Of a stretch of DNA of 64,000 nucleotides, positions 17,957-31,200 are shown piece after piece. The DNA comes from Candidatus Dormiibacterota bacterium (GTDB lineage Bacteria; Acidobacteriota; Terriglobia; Acidiferrales; UBA7541), in assembly GCA_035603595.1 (NCBI GenBank), contig DATNKB010000353.1:14856-78855 (forward strand), written 5' to 3'. Within the stretch, counting starts at the first letter, position 1; every line of letters starts with the position of its first letter. A model generated the notes under the pieces. The model did not search any database, was not told where the DNA came from, and worked only from the letters and a program-made list of their open reading frames with translations. The translations under genes were made by a program, and so were the position numbers.

Positions 17957-19040
17957 AGGGCACCTCCTTGGAGCGCGGTCATACCCCCGTAGATATCCGA
18001 AAGTCAAATTGATCCTCGAATAACAGAGCGCCGCAGGTCTTTTCCACAAAGACCCTAGATACACTCCGCCGATGACAAAGAAAATCACCGCGTGGACCAT
18101 CATGGCGTGGGACAAAGAACGGCCTCTCATCGATACCGGATGCCGACATATAGGACCTCGCTACATGACCTTCAGAACGCGATCGGAAGCGAATGAATAC
18201 TGGAGCCGCGCCGAAGACATCGTCCCCATCACCCTCATCGTCCCCACGCGCCCGTTTAAACCTAAACGAAAGACCCCGAAATAACACGCTATCCACACCC
18301 TTACCTTGCGCTTTCCCTCCGATCCCCGAAAATGAATATGCGGGCTCAACACAACGATTTAGCCAAGCTCCCAGCGTCTCCAATGAAAGGCATTGGCTGT
18401 GTGTTATTCTCTGTGCTCCTGTTTGTTGAGGCTGGGCATTACTATGTGCCCCGTTGGACCGGCCATCGACGGCTAACACTCGTAGACCAGTTTCCATCTG
18501 CATTGTAGAAAGGATGTCGTCGCAGGGGCTACTCGAAATTCCTCTTACAATTGACCAAATGTAATTGTGAGTCTACTAACAACCCGCAAATCAAGTAGAA
18601 TCGGCGCCATCCCATCGCAACGGAGGCGTTCAGCTCTCGGTCATGACAGAAAAGGAGAATATTCTCGATCAGAAGCGACTGTCCTTTGCAGCGGGTATTA
18701 CCGTAACACTGATCGTCACAACGTTCTCTCTCTCTCTCCCATTCAATTTCGGAAAGCGCAGCGCTCTCGTTTCTTTACAATTCAAGCGAAGCTTGGAAAG
18801 CATATTTGCCTCTGACTTTGAACGGCCTAATGTTGTTGGCCAGTGTCGCGGTCTTTTTCTCCTGTTACTTAATTCTGAATGCGCTTTCCCTATGTTCATC
18901 GAACCTAATGTCCACGAGAATAGCGGGGATCCTTAACTTCCTCTGGACCTGAGCATGTTCCTGCTCCTAGTATTTTTTCTTGCGCTGATTCTCTTCGGTT
19001 TGCAGTTCGGTGTCAGAACATTTGATAATCGTGTGCTACG

Positions 19041-19610
19041 GTGGATTTTTTTGCTTTGTTGGCTGCCCCACCAACAGGCGGCCTGTCGTTATTGCTTTCG
19101 TTGCTTGCCAAATTGCTGAGCCGCATCAAGCCGGGTAGGGAGATGCCATCGCGTGCCCGCTTTCCATTCTACGTGCTTCTCTACTTCTTCGTGCTCGTCA
19201 ATGTTTCTTATGCCATACCCACTAACACGAACTTTTGGGCTACGACGGAGTATCAGTTCGTTGGCGGCGCGATTATAATCCTCGTCTTTTGCCCATTGGC
19301 GATCATCAGAATGATCGAGCCGATCGAGAGATATCTCAAACTCGATAAATGGACAAATGGCTTGCGTTGGTGGATCCGAGCCCCTCTTATCTTTGGTTTC
19401 TTTATCGCTTGTATTTTTGTTCAGAGTTCTACCGGGCCAGAACTCGATACACGTTCGGGGGCCGCCTATTTAACTCCCTACTTCGGCGAGCTGCAGATTC
19501 AGGTGGAGTCGCGATCGCCCCACTTGGCGGTTCTCCGAATTTCGTCCAAGAGGAATTCTCGATTTTGGGGTGGAATGCTACGACCGCTCCACAAAGAATC
19601 CGGTCCATGA
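19041..19610 (+). CDS. polytopic membrane protein, hypothetical
   Basis: There are several hydrophobic helices (FPFYVLLYFFVLVNVSYAI, GGAIIILVFCPLAII, APLIFGFFIACIFV). The start is GTG, with no homology support. Confidence 0.4.
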   Translation: MDFFALLAAPPTGGLSLLLSLLAKLLSRIKPGREMPSRARFPFYVLLYFFVLVNVSYAIPTNTNFWATTEYQFVGGAIIILVFCPLAIIRMIEPIERYLKLDKWTNGLRWWIRAPLIFGFFIACIFVQSSTGPELDTRSGAAYLTPYFGELQIQVESRSPHLAVLRISSKRNSRFWGGMLRPLHKESGP

Positions 19611-20311
19611 TTGTGGTGAAAAGAGAAAGTACTATGACAGCTCTAGTGTGCTGTGCTTTACGGAGATAGCTATAGGTTTATCCACTTCGGAAGAGTTGCC
19701 GCATCCGACTGCTGAATCCCCATACTATTCGGAGATACCTTGTATTGGCTCGCGATCATTGGAACGACGCGGCGGATTTGCGGGTGTTATTGCGCCGTGG
19801 ATTCTAAAAGAAGAGTCGGCGTCGGGGCGGTTCATAATCAGCAACGATAGCTTCGAAGAGGAGTTTCAGTGGTGGTTTGATCCAACTCTTTGGGCCCCGA
19901 AGAACCAACCTAACTGGGTGTGGCAAATTGACGTAACGGTTGATTCCATTAAGCGAACAACCTACTTTCCGATTGTACCCGCGCGGGAACTATCGGGCAG
20001 TTAATGCATTAAAATTTTACGAATTGTGATTGAACACGCCGAAGACCGAGCGCTCTGGTAAGAGCTCTGGAACATAAGGAACGGCGAACAGCGGGTTGAA
20101 GGCTCAAGTCCTCCCCGGCACCTCACTTTAGTCTAAGTCTGCTAAACCAATCAGTTGGCCTAGCCTTCTTCCGCACTGTTATCCAGGTTGAGAACAACCT
20201 CGGACTTGAAGACCCATGACGGTTGGTTACGCCCCACAAGCGGACCTGAGGAGTTAAAGGGACTTGTCCCGTAAGCGCTGCGGGAGCGAATCTAAGCAGC
20301 CAAGAAAGATT

Positions 20312-21844
20312 CTAGCGTAGCTCCAGGTTAAGCGTCCTTGATGGTTGAGGTTGAGGAACTATTTGTGTCATGCCTTTGGCCTCAACCGTAGCCGGTCCAG
20401 TTAGGTGTCCAAAAAAAACGTATTCACCTTTTGCATTTGTGAAAGTCCGATGCTTGACGCCGTTCTCGGTCAAAACCACCTCGGTTTTCGCCGAAGGAGC
20501 CCCGTCGGTTGCTTTCAAAGTACCCTGGACAGCAACTTCGAGACGACTAGGGGGGACTAGTACAAAAGCAAATGTGTTGAACAACGTATCTGTATACACG
20601 GCGACCTCTGTTACTCCCGTATAACCATAGGCGGGCCCGCCAATCGTCAGCGACGCAGTTTGCGTCGCCCCCGAAGAAGTTGAGGTGCTCGATGTATTTG
20701 TCCATTCCCAACTGAGTGTATCTTTAACCGTCAGCTTGGCCATATCGAGAAAGCCAGCGTCACCGGAGAGCGACATTCCAACTTTGTACGTATTCTGTGT
20801 TGCTGACCCAGTGGTAGACGTTGAACTATTAGAAATCGTGGTATTTATCGATATTACCGGATCGTTCTGCGTTGCAGGCGGCTCATACGGGAACATCGTG
20901 TTTGCGGGGCGGAATCGCGCGGGATCAGCAGTTGGTGTGCCACCGTTCGCTAATGGATCGTTTGCCAGAATAATTGGGTCGTCTGACGCTGTTATGCCCG
21001 CAGCGTTCAACTGTTGTTGAACTCCGGGACGCCAAGGGAAACTCCCGTTTAGTTCTCCCACGAATACGTATTGGATCGGCGATTGCCGGTTATCTCCGAA
21101 TGTCCATGCCGCTGCGGAGGACGATAGCGAAAGGTTTATTGTGGGTTTTAGCAACAGATATATCGCATCCTGATTGTGATCTATTCCATCTTGTGAGGGT
21201 CCTGGTCGAGTGATGGTTGATGTCGTCGATTGCTTTATCTCTAGTGACTGAGTGTCCGTGGTTTTGTTTGTGAAATCGAAGCTTAGTGAACCTTCACCTC
21301 CGGGTCCAAGGAAGCCCGCCTTGGCTGTTACGGATCTTCCGATTGAGGTTTGGAAGGACTGACTCGCCGAGGTCGTTGTTCCAATCGTTACTCCGCTTCC
21401 GTAGCTAACGGAACTTGCTCCCTTCCCGCCGTTAGCGCCCGGGGGAGCATAGATCACCGTAAGGATCAAGTATTTTGCTACCGTCGAACCCTTAAATAGC
21501 GAGTCGCCAACTGCAACCCAAGTGCCCGAAATTGGTAAATTCACGGGGAAGGGGAATGGCCCAACTTGAACAGGGGCAGTGTTCCCCTGCTGAGTAACAG
21601 GTGTGAATCCTTGTGCTGTAACGTTAGTCGGCTGAGCCGACCCCGTCACGATCACGTTTGGAATTCCACCGAACGACTGTGGAAAAGTAACGGTGGGGCA
21701 GGCAAAACCAGGCGGAGTACCCGAGGGTATGATGCAGCTCCACGTTCCTACCTGAGTGAATGTACTTTGTGCTTGAGCACCGGCAGGCACCAAGACCACG
21801 GTTACCAAGCAAGTGATCAGGCCAACAAAGTGACGCGCTTTCAT
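20312..21844 (-). CDS. secreted Ser/Thr-rich beta protein with C-terminal carboxypeptidase-regulatory-like domain; possible lectin/pore-forming toxin
   Basis: I prefer the start at ATG 21844 (MKARHFVGLITCLVTVVLVPAGAQAQ, a signal peptide). The C-terminus VAVQGTLKATDGAPSAKTEVVLTENGVKHRTFTNAKGEYVFFGH is CarboxypepD_reg-like. The central region is very Ser/Thr-rich with alternating stretches (VSYGSGVTIGTTTSASQSFQTSIGRSVTAKAGF). Confidence 0.75.
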   Translation of the reverse strand: MKARHFVGLITCLVTVVLVPAGAQAQSTFTQVGTWSCIIPSGTPPGFACPTVTFPQSFGGIPNVIVTGSAQPTNVTAQGFTPVTQQGNTAPVQVGPFPFPVNLPISGTWVAVGDSLFKGSTVAKYLILTVIYAPPGANGGKGASSVSYGSGVTIGTTTSASQSFQTSIGRSVTAKAGFLGPGGEGSLSFDFTNKTTDTQSLEIKQSTTSTITRPGPSQDGIDHNQDAIYLLLKPTINLSLSSSAAAWTFGDNRQSPIQYVFVGELNGSFPWRPGVQQQLNAAGITASDDPIILANDPLANGGTPTADPARFRPANTMFPYEPPATQNDPVISINTTISNSSTSTTGSATQNTYKVGMSLSGDAGFLDMAKLTVKDTLSWEWTNTSSTSTSSGATQTASLTIGGPAYGYTGVTEVAVYTDTLFNTFAFVLVPPSRLEVAVQGTLKATDGAPSAKTEVVLTENGVKHRTFTNAKGEYVFFGHLTGPATVEAKGMTQIVPQPQPSRTLNLELR

Positions 21845-22292
21845 CTCGGAACGCTCCGGTAAGTCGGACTTCCGTTTTGGACCACATCGGGGGTATCTCA
21901 TGCCTTATACCACGAGATTGCCTTTCTCGATGCTATTGGTTTAATTACTGGCATCGTTCGGTCCGCCCCCGGGTCGTTGGGCCACAGTTCCGGCAATCTA
22001 GCTTTTTTTCTGAGCTTGATTCTTGATTAGGGACGTTGAGTTCATTCCGCCCGCTCGGGTCACGAGACAACTGACCGCTGCGGCTCAGAAACGGGGTTCG
22101 GGGTCTTGCAGCCGTCCTCGCCACGTTGAAAGCGTTTGCGTTCGAGAAAAAGCGTTTCTTCTCGGCCTCTCACTGTGCCAAATACTTGGAAGTCGACGCA
22201 GCGAAACTCCCTGACATCTCCGTCCTGGAAGAATCTTTGGTCTGCTGGCAATCGATGATATTGGCCCGTGACGCATCGAAGCAGTTTTACGA

Positions 22293-25200
22293 CTATGTGA
22301 AAGACACTTCGTAATGCGCGATCACGACTAAGTCGTTGAGTTGTCCTGCTGCCAAAGCGGCATTCGCCTTGGGATTGGTGATCGTCCAGGTGCCGCTGTC
22401 TTTCTTGCTGGTGGAGTAATCCAGAATCAGACGAAGCATCGATTCGTAATAGTTGTCCTTCGTGAAGTTCAGCGTTGCCGGAGTCAAAGGCGCCGGAGCC
22501 GCCTGGATCGCATTGATCGAAGCTAGGCTTGTATCCGCTATCAGTTCGATCTGCTTGATTTTCAATCCCGGTAGTACCGATGCGAAATACGGGAACCGAT
22601 CGCGGGTTAGGTTAAGCGTTAAGACTTGGTCCGAACCTGCAGCAGCATTCAGGAACGCGAACCATTCGGTGGGGAATTCGTGTCTCGCGCTGAAGAGCCG
22701 CATCAGGCCGGTGTCCTTCAGAGACACCAAAATCGAGTTGATTCTTGCCTGCAAGCTGGTTGTCGCATCGGAACGAAGCTGCTCCCCACCCTCTCGAGAC
22801 GTGTATTTCAAGTGGAGGATGACGTCGGTGATCGTGCGGTAGTCGAGCGCGGTGACGCCGGCAGGCAATTGCAGATGCCACTGGCTGATGGCTCCCGCCC
22901 CTTCAAACGGTAGATAACGTTCATCGCGGAAGTTCAGTTCAAAGAGTCCGTCGTCATTTTGAGCGTTGCTAGTGGCAATGGATTGGATCGCACCTACTGA
23001 ATCCCGAAAACGCGGATCGTCTGCGGGAACTCCACCGGTCATTTTTCTAGGATAAGTGGAACCACTACTGTTGTCGGTGCGAACGGAATTTTTAGTCAAC
23101 GTCAACGTGCAGCTAACGGTCGTATAGGGCCCAGCCACGCACGGTATGGTTATCCCTATTGTTTTGACGCGGCGCATATAGTGGCCGGGATAGTCCATGT
23201 CGAAAAGCTCTTCGGGCAGGTTGATCCAGCACTCGCGGTTGGTTTTCAGCAACTGAAGTGCCGACGCGTCGAGTTGGGACAGGCAGATGTGCTTGGTCAG
23301 CTCAAATTCACGATTGTTCTGGTCGTGGTAGGCCTTCTCCATGTTGCGTACGTCGTAGGCTAGCTGCTCTCCTGCCAGCAGCCCCTTCTTCAGGCTGTTC
23401 CAGTACCCGAAGTTGATGTAGCTGGAGTCGGCTAGACCTAATTCATACCGAAAGGTTTGTTCGGTCTGCTTGGCCATGGCATAGGCGAGCTGGTAGCTCT
23501 GAAAGTACGTCGTAGAGAGCTGTCCGACCATGTACGAATACAGATCAGTATTCGTGAACTTGCTGTGCATGAAGTCGTCTTCGGCTTGTGCGTTGTCGAT
23601 CTGGAGTTGCTGATTCGTGACTTCCTGTGTCGCGATCGCCTGACGAACGGTGGCCGCGAGAATTTGCTTCGCCACTTGCTGCAATTCTGAGTTGGCGAGA
23701 TTGAGCTGGAACTGCCATTCCTGGAGCCGGCGCTGATAGGTGGCTTGGGTTGAGGCAACGCCTGCCTGGGAGTGCGCGATGCCGGCCGTCCCCCGGATTG
23801 CCGAGGCCATGGCTCGCGTGGCGCCGCCGAGTTGGGTTCCTCCAAACTTTACCGTGGCGACAGGGCTACCGCCGAAGCCTTCCGCCCCGACGTCGAAGTC
23901 GGGGATCAGTCCGAGTACATTTCCGAGGTACTCGATGGCCACGGCGGCAGTCTCGCCAACGATCGCGGTTTGCGTGAGCCCTAGAGAACTGGTCTCCCAA
24001 CTGTTCAAGCCGCTGTTGATAAGCCCTTGGTAGTAATCGATCTTCGTTTGCACCAACGCTTGCTGCTGCTGAAGTGCTTCTAGATTGTGCTTCGCATCAT
24101 CGACTTGCTGCTGCTTGACCAAGAGCATCGCTTTAAACACGGCGATACCGTTTTGGGAGCGGAGCAGGGCCATGTCCTCGGCGTCCTTCTTCTCCATGGC
24201 TTGCAGCAGCGCCGATCCGAGGGATTTGACTTCGTTGCACATTTCGATGGTCTTCTGGACCATTACGCTGAATCGGTAGTTCGGAAGCGGACTGTTCATG
24301 TCACTCAAAATGCTGCCGATGTCGAGACCAGCCGCAGCGGCCCGAACCAGGAGACCCGGATCGATGGGAGGCGCAAAGAGAGCCGGCGGCGCAAATTGCC
24401 CTTGCAGATTGAGGCAGTGCCGGATGTTGTAAAGCCGCTTGGCAACGGTGTCCCAATACGCCATGAGTTTGTCGTTGGGGGGCACACAGAAGTAAAGCGT
24501 TTGCAACTCCGGCAGCCCTTGCGAGCCGCCGGGATCAAAGCCGGTGATCTGCTGAAGCGGTAGAAGGTTTTCGATGTCGACGAGTGCATTTGAGAATGCA
24601 TCGAGCTTCTGTTCGAGCTGGCCAAAGTTGTCTACCGGTGTTTCGAAGGCCGGAGGAATAATCAGCGGTTTGGGTCCGAGAATTTGGTCCGCGAGCACAT
24701 AAAGCTGCTCAGCTTCCATGACTGTCTCCATTGTGTCCTGTTGGAAGAGGTTATCGGCCCAGGCGATAAGATGATCGAGATACTTCATCACCGTGGTCTT
24801 TTGGTAGGCGACGGTTCGATATTGCGCAATGTAGTGTGGCTGGAAGGGATTTGCGCGCCACGCTGCGACGTCTTTCACCAGCGGCGAGCTGTTCGCGTTG
24901 ATGCCTAGCATGATGTTGTTAATGTTCTGGGCGGTGTATTTGTCGTTGACATTGATGAAGAACGGCTTGGTGACCCAAAATTTGTCGGGTGACGGATAAG
25001 TTGAACCGTCAGTGGGATTGAAAATGTATTTGAACCAGTGGTCGGCTTGCTCGAATTGCAGATTCTGGCTTAGCCGCTCCGCAATCATCAACGGGGCATG
25101 GAAAAAGAGCTCCCAGTTGTAGCAGCTGTAGCCGCCTTTCGGGTCGAAATCCACATCGCCCTTTGGATATCCGGGATGAGCATCGGTGACGGGGCCCGTT

Positions 25201-28200
25201 GGTCCGGTGTAGGTGACGGGCGTGCCTGCGTAAATCAGCGCCGTGGGCTGATACACCTGCGCGAAATCGAACTTGTTCGGATTCGAGTCGAAGACTACGT
25301 CCCCTTGCAGCTGCGTCGGCCGTGACATCAGAGCGTCGATCCCCTTGTCAAAGAGGATACGTATGAACGAGCAAAGCAGCGGATGGTAGAAGTTGTAGTA
25401 ATGGATGAGAAGGAACAGCGCTTTGCCTTGCGGGAATGTCCCCAGGATGTCGTGGGCCGTCTTGGTATCACCCTCGAGCAGGGCTAGAAAGAGGTCTTCG
25501 AGATCCTGATAGGTGAATTCGAAGTCGCCACCATCGCTAAATTCCGGTTGAGCAAAATACGTGCGCGACTGATCTTGATAAAAATAAGGCATGAATGTAC
25601 CGACCGTCACGGGAATCCGCTGTTCGAGCTCCCGTACCTCTCCAGGGCGAAAGTACAAGCCATAGAGGATGTGGTAGATGATGTTGAGCAAACGGTCCAA
25701 AAATCCCATCTGCAGCGAGACCAAATTGGCGAAAGAGCCCGGGGTTTTCGCCTGGAAGGAAACTGAATTGACAGCGAGTGAATCGGTTGATGAGCTGGGC
25801 TGTTCGGTATCGAGCATGTTCACCAGCAAACTGCGGTCGAAAAGGTTGGTGACCAGAAGGTCAGGATTCCTGGTGACGACTGGATAGCCTTTGCATGGAT
25901 CCAAATCAAATGTGTTTATGTAGTCGTAGGAGTTGGCACCGGTTTGTTTGTAACAATTGATTTGCAGGTCGCCGTTATCGGAGAGCGAGCCCTCGAGTCC
26001 TTTCAGAAGTCCGGTCAGAAACGCGCCGGGATCTTTGGGTCTTCCACCCTTGAGGAGGCCATCCAGGAAGCCGAGATTCGGAAGATCCAGGGGCGTAAAG
26101 ACAAAGTCCGTCTTAAAAGGCAAGTAGGCTCCTGAAGTGTCTTTTGTCAAAGGGTCTGTCTGGCCGGGGGTCCAGGATTGGTCGACAATAAGCGACCCGG
26201 TTGCGTCTCCCGGTGAGACCTTTTTAGGAGTCCATTTGCCATTCTTGTATTCGCTAAATGCCAGTTGTATCTGCCAATACTTCAGTGGATGGTCGATGTC
26301 CGTATGGCTGCTCGCGCTTCCCGGAAGCGGTGGCACCGTGACCGAGCTCACCTCGAGGGATTTCTCACTGAACACGGCCCAGAAGAGATATATCCGGTGG
26401 TTGAATACGGTCAGCACGATGTGATCGCTAGCGATGTCCTGGTCAATCTTGGCCCAAGCCGTCCACAAGCGCGTGACTTGATCGAATTTTCGGTAGTAGT
26501 AGGTTCTGGGGTCCCCCCCGTAAGTTCGTGCCACGACGTGCAACGATTTCTTCGCGTCCTCGTACCACATGGCTTTTACTTCGAGGCGCGAAACCCCTTC
26601 AACCTTGTCCAGGTAGCTTAAAAATGCGGTCTCGACGTTGTCTTGAGTGACATCATTCTGAAGAAGGTCATTCTCGAGCTCTTGAAAGAAAGGCGACTTC
26701 ATCTCGACGGGGAGGAGTTCAGGTTCGATCCAATTTTCCGGGTATAGAAAGACCTTCCGGTTCGCTTGCCAGAGCCGAAAATACTTCATCCATTGCCACT
26801 GCGACCAATCTGGGTCGAGGTCAAGATTGACGGTGATGTCTTTCTCAAGGTTCAAAAAGCAGCGTTGCACGAACATTTGGACGGAATTCGTAGCCTGCAC
26901 GATTCGCGAGGTGGGCTGGCAAGCCATCATCTCGACGTCAATCAGAAAGTGATTGTAAAGATCGTCGGGTGTCTGCCAGTTCTCTCCTGCCGGAGGATTT
27001 GCCAGAAGGTGGGCTAGCAGCGCGTCGCGTTTCGCGTGACGCAGCTTGTTTTGCAGCGGCTGGGTCACACCGACCCATTGATCGGAAGGGAAACGGGCTT
27101 TGAGGGCCTGCTTGATACGGACCGCGTCATCGGATGACAGAGCGGGCTTGATCCAGGCAACGCAATCGGCTGGGACCACTCCTAGCGTGGTCATGACCAT
27201 AAAGATTTGGCGCAATCGCAAAAGGATGCGGATGTCCTTTAGATCGGACGGAGCAGCGAGGTTCAGGTTCAAAGAATTGGTGGGGGCATTGATGAGCTGG
27301 TCGAGTTGACTCTGATCCCATCCCGTAAGGCTGGCCAGATCGCTTTCGATCGCCGCCAGGGGAATGCCGTCGATCACTTCCTGCAACACGCTATACACCG
27401 AGACAGTCTTGGTGGTCGCCGCTGTCACTTGCGAGACGGCAGGGAAAAGCTGGGCGAACTTTAGTATGTTCACCATCACTTCGAAAGCGGCGAAGGTTGG
27501 ACCGGGCCCAACCACCGGCCCGACGGCCGGAACGATGGGCAGGCTCCACAGACCGAGGCTGTTAACGTCTCCGGAGTGGGCAATGAACCAGACGAGATCC
27601 TCGGCGGCAAGCTTCAATTTGGTGACGACAAAGCATACCTTCGCGATCTTCTGATACCAGTTGAACTGGTTCGGAAAATTAGCCGCGGTAATCGTCTTAG
27701 TTTTGGCGATGAAGTTCGCGTCGGTAAGGTCCGTGAAGATGCCGGCTTGCGACGTTTCGATCACCGAAGCGATGCTTTTATTGATTTTGAACCAAGTACA
27801 GAGTTCGTTTTGGACCGCGTTTTGTTGAAGAATGGTGTTATAGACCGGCGATATCGCCGTCAAAAAGAATTGGTAACGTCCCGGAATGGGAGGGGGCGGA
27901 GCTACTAAGGCTCGGAGTTTCGTGTTGATGTCACCCACGGTTGCGAAGAACACATTGGACCCCGCGTTGCTCGTCTTCTGGGACGCCTGAAAAAGTTGCG
28001 ACACAGCAGTCAGATAGTCAGGGTTGGCTCCCGCGAGGCCATTCAAGAGCGTTTGGTCCGCGGCGCTAATGATCCCAATGAGCTGCAGTTTGTGGTTTGC
28101 CGAGTCAAAAGACACTTGAGCGGAGAGGGAATCCGGAATCGTAACCGGCAAAGCCGAAAGGTCCGCGGTGAGGACCTGATCGCTGTACTGAACGCGGAGA

Positions 28201-31200
28201 TTCAGTAAGAACGTCTGATTGTTATCGACCTTGTTCTGAAATTCGGTGTCGTCTTGAGTCCCAAGAATATCCAACAACTTTGCGACGAGAGCTGGATTCC
28301 AGTCGAGCAACGGATCGGTCAGCCACTTCTTGAGTAGCTGGCCTGACGGGTCGGGCAGTACGGCTGTCGAAGCCTGTAGTTGAAGGATTTTCGTCTGGAG
28401 GTCCGTAAGTGCTGCAGCAACCAGATCGTCCGAGGGGACAAGAGAGCTGCTGACGTCATTCTGATGCCTTAGAACATAATTCAGGTCATCAGCGGAAAAC
28501 CGGCTCGAGACGACGGTCCGCCACTTCAAATAGAACGCGTTTGTGGTGACGGGATCTTGAAAAGGCGAAATATTGATGAGGTCGATTAAAATCAGCAGGT
28601 CGCTGATGGAAACCGAAAGAGCCTGGGCCAATTGCGCGACACGATAAAAGAAGGAAATGTTGCCGAGCGATAGCAGGCTGTCGGTTTTGGCGATGAGTGC
28701 GTCGAGGTCGGTTGGGGCGAAGCCGAGGGCGCCAATCAGCAGGCCTTTGCTTACAGCGTTGATGGGCACCGCTGCACTCTTGACCGTAGAAACGGCGAAA
28801 TCTGAATTCAAAGGATTGGTGACGGCTCGATTCTGAAACAGAGTGTTGTATAGGCTGTCGGTTCCAATGGTGTCGATATCCGCGAAAAAAGCGAGGTATT
28901 GCAGTGGCGATAACGACCAGAGTTTCTGGAGCTTGAGGAAATACTGCAGTTTCCATGCAAGGTCGTCGGTGATGTTCTTGTTGCCGATTGCGGATGCCTG
29001 AACGATGGCGTCTAATTCTTCGAGGGTAAGAGAAGTCTTTCTCCACAGGCGCAAAAAGCGGTGAATGATGTCGAACTTCCCAGACGTCAGATTGTTAATG
29101 TGTTTCTTGTTGGTGTCGCAGGAAAGATCGTCGCTGACGATGACGCTGTCGTTTGCAGGGTTAATGGTCTTGAGAGTGAGAAGGCTGAGCACTTGGTCGT
29201 AGGTTAGCCCGCTAGCTTTCATAAACAGATCGAGCTCTGCTGAAGTTCCGGCGGCGAGGGCTCCCCAGTAGAGGTTTTGATTGGGGACGTCGGATTGGAA
29301 AATTAGCTTGCGTTCACTGATTGCAGCGGGTAAGGGGGACGGGCTGTTGTTGATGTTGAGATAGGCAAAGGCCATCTCGAGGTCGGATTGAGCGGCGGCG
29401 GACGGCGGTACGGCGGGTTCATGCTCCTGACGGAAGGCATCGATCAAGTCGGGTTTCGCCGTCCCCAGCTTCGTTAAGTAGATTTCGGCTTCGGTTTCAA
29501 AGAGGTCGAAGGGCAGAGTAAACGGCCGCACGTCCGATCTAAGGTCATTGGCGTAAACAGGAAGGTTGACGTATTCCGGATTGGCGTTGATGTCATCGGC
29601 AGACAAAAGCGTTTGGTGTAGCGGTTGTATTGCGATGGACCCGCCCTGATCAGTAGCTTTCAACGCGAGAAACTGGTCCCGAATGATCCAATGATTCTCA
29701 GTGACGCAGGTATTGTCCGCTTGCAGTCGATCCATGGAATAGACGTCCGAGACGACGGCGTTTGAGGTCAGCAAAGGCACAACGTTGGTCTGCTTCGCAG
29801 TACTGAATCCGGAAACAATCGCGGCCAGGAGGCCGGCATCGATGGGACCGACGACGAATTTAGGCAGAAACGAATTGTTGATGGTCACGGCCGGAGGGCG
29901 AATGAAATCCTCCATGATCTCGTTGGCGATATCAATGTAGGGAAATGCGGTGTTGGTGTTGTCGCAATTGAGGTCGATGTCGACGAGATCGGGCCTTCTG
30001 CGCAGCAATACTTCCGTCAGAGAGGCCGTTTCACCCGGCGCACAGTTAATGGAACTGAGCCGATTCTCGAGATAATGCAGAATGTCGGTCAGGTACGCCG
30101 CCGCGCCGTATACGGATCGGCATTCCTCGCACTCGCAGAAGTCGGCGTGCCCAAACAGAGTATCCAGATCAGGTACTTCTTTTTCCATCGCATCGGAAAT
30201 GGTCGTGGTGTAGTCAGGAAATACATTTAAATGGGAGGCATCGGAAAGGGACTTCAGGTTGCCGGCTAGAGCTATGGCCAGCGAATGAGCTTGCGTCGCT
30301 TTCTGATAGGTGCGCAGCGCTTCACTTTCGCCGATTGTCGCCCCGTACTTGGCTACGAAATTGTTTTGCCCCATCCGGTAGATCTTGTCGGCCGAGTCGA
30401 TACCGTCGCCCAGAAGCACGTTGGCCGAGGCATAGCTTGGAGAAAGCTTGAAGACGCGTTGCGTTTTCTTCAAAGAATCGACGAGTTTCTGAGTGTTGAT
30501 TCCGGAGCTCTTTGCAGCTGGGCTTGACTGCTGCTGGGCGAGGTAGGCGCCCACTCGAGTTGTCAGCAAATCGAAATTGGAGTTTGCATTCAGGAAAGAA
30601 GAGATCGGACTGGCGTTGGGGATACGGCTCTGCTTGTCGGCACGAATGCGGGCGGAAAAAGCGGCACTCGGAAACGCAGCGCTGAAACTCTGTTCCAATT
30701 CAGTAGCGTAGTTCTTGGCCTGATCCGCTGGCGTGTCGCCAGGCGTGCCGGATGGGGGACTGATCTTCTGCCTTTGCAGAATGACCAGCCAGTCCGCCGA
30801 CGTGTTGGCAGCGAGTGCAGCGAGGTCCGCGGGCGTGCGAATGTTCTGGGTCTTGATAAGTTCATCGGTCAGTGTCACCTGCTCTCCGGTAAGTTTGGAG
30901 AGCGTGAACACCGATTGCAGAAGCGAAACTTTTTGCGCTTGGAACGCCGGGTCTTGCGCCAGCGTCTTCCAAAAGTCCTGCGGTGTTCCGCCGGACGAGA
31001 ACAGGTTCTTGAAGGCTTCGACCTGGTTTCCCTCAAGCCCCGCGATTTCAAGCTTCATCGTCAAGTTTGACGGAGACGCTGGTGCCGCGGTTGTTTTGAG
31101 AAATTGAAGCTGTGCGGTCGTGAGCTGCTTGCGTATGGAGTCGAGGTTCTGGCTGAGATTATAGGGAACGATGTTTTGGTCGATCGCGCTCTGCAGGGAA

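Noticed and set aside
17957-18130. A 58-residue N-terminal extension of the PrcB-like ORF (start at 18130).
   Set aside because: The internal ATG at 17956 has a perfect AAGGAGGTG RBS. The extension has no RBS and odd composition.
20041-20135. tRNA-like 3' end on the + strand (GAAGG-CTCAAGT-CCTCC followed by CCGGCACC) with an upstream hairpin GCTCT-GGTA-AGAGC.
   Set aside because: The T-stem has a mismatch and the T-loop starts with C instead of T. No matching 5' acceptor strand (GTGCCGG) and no anticodon arm could be found. It might be a second degraded tRNA fragment, but I cannot support that.
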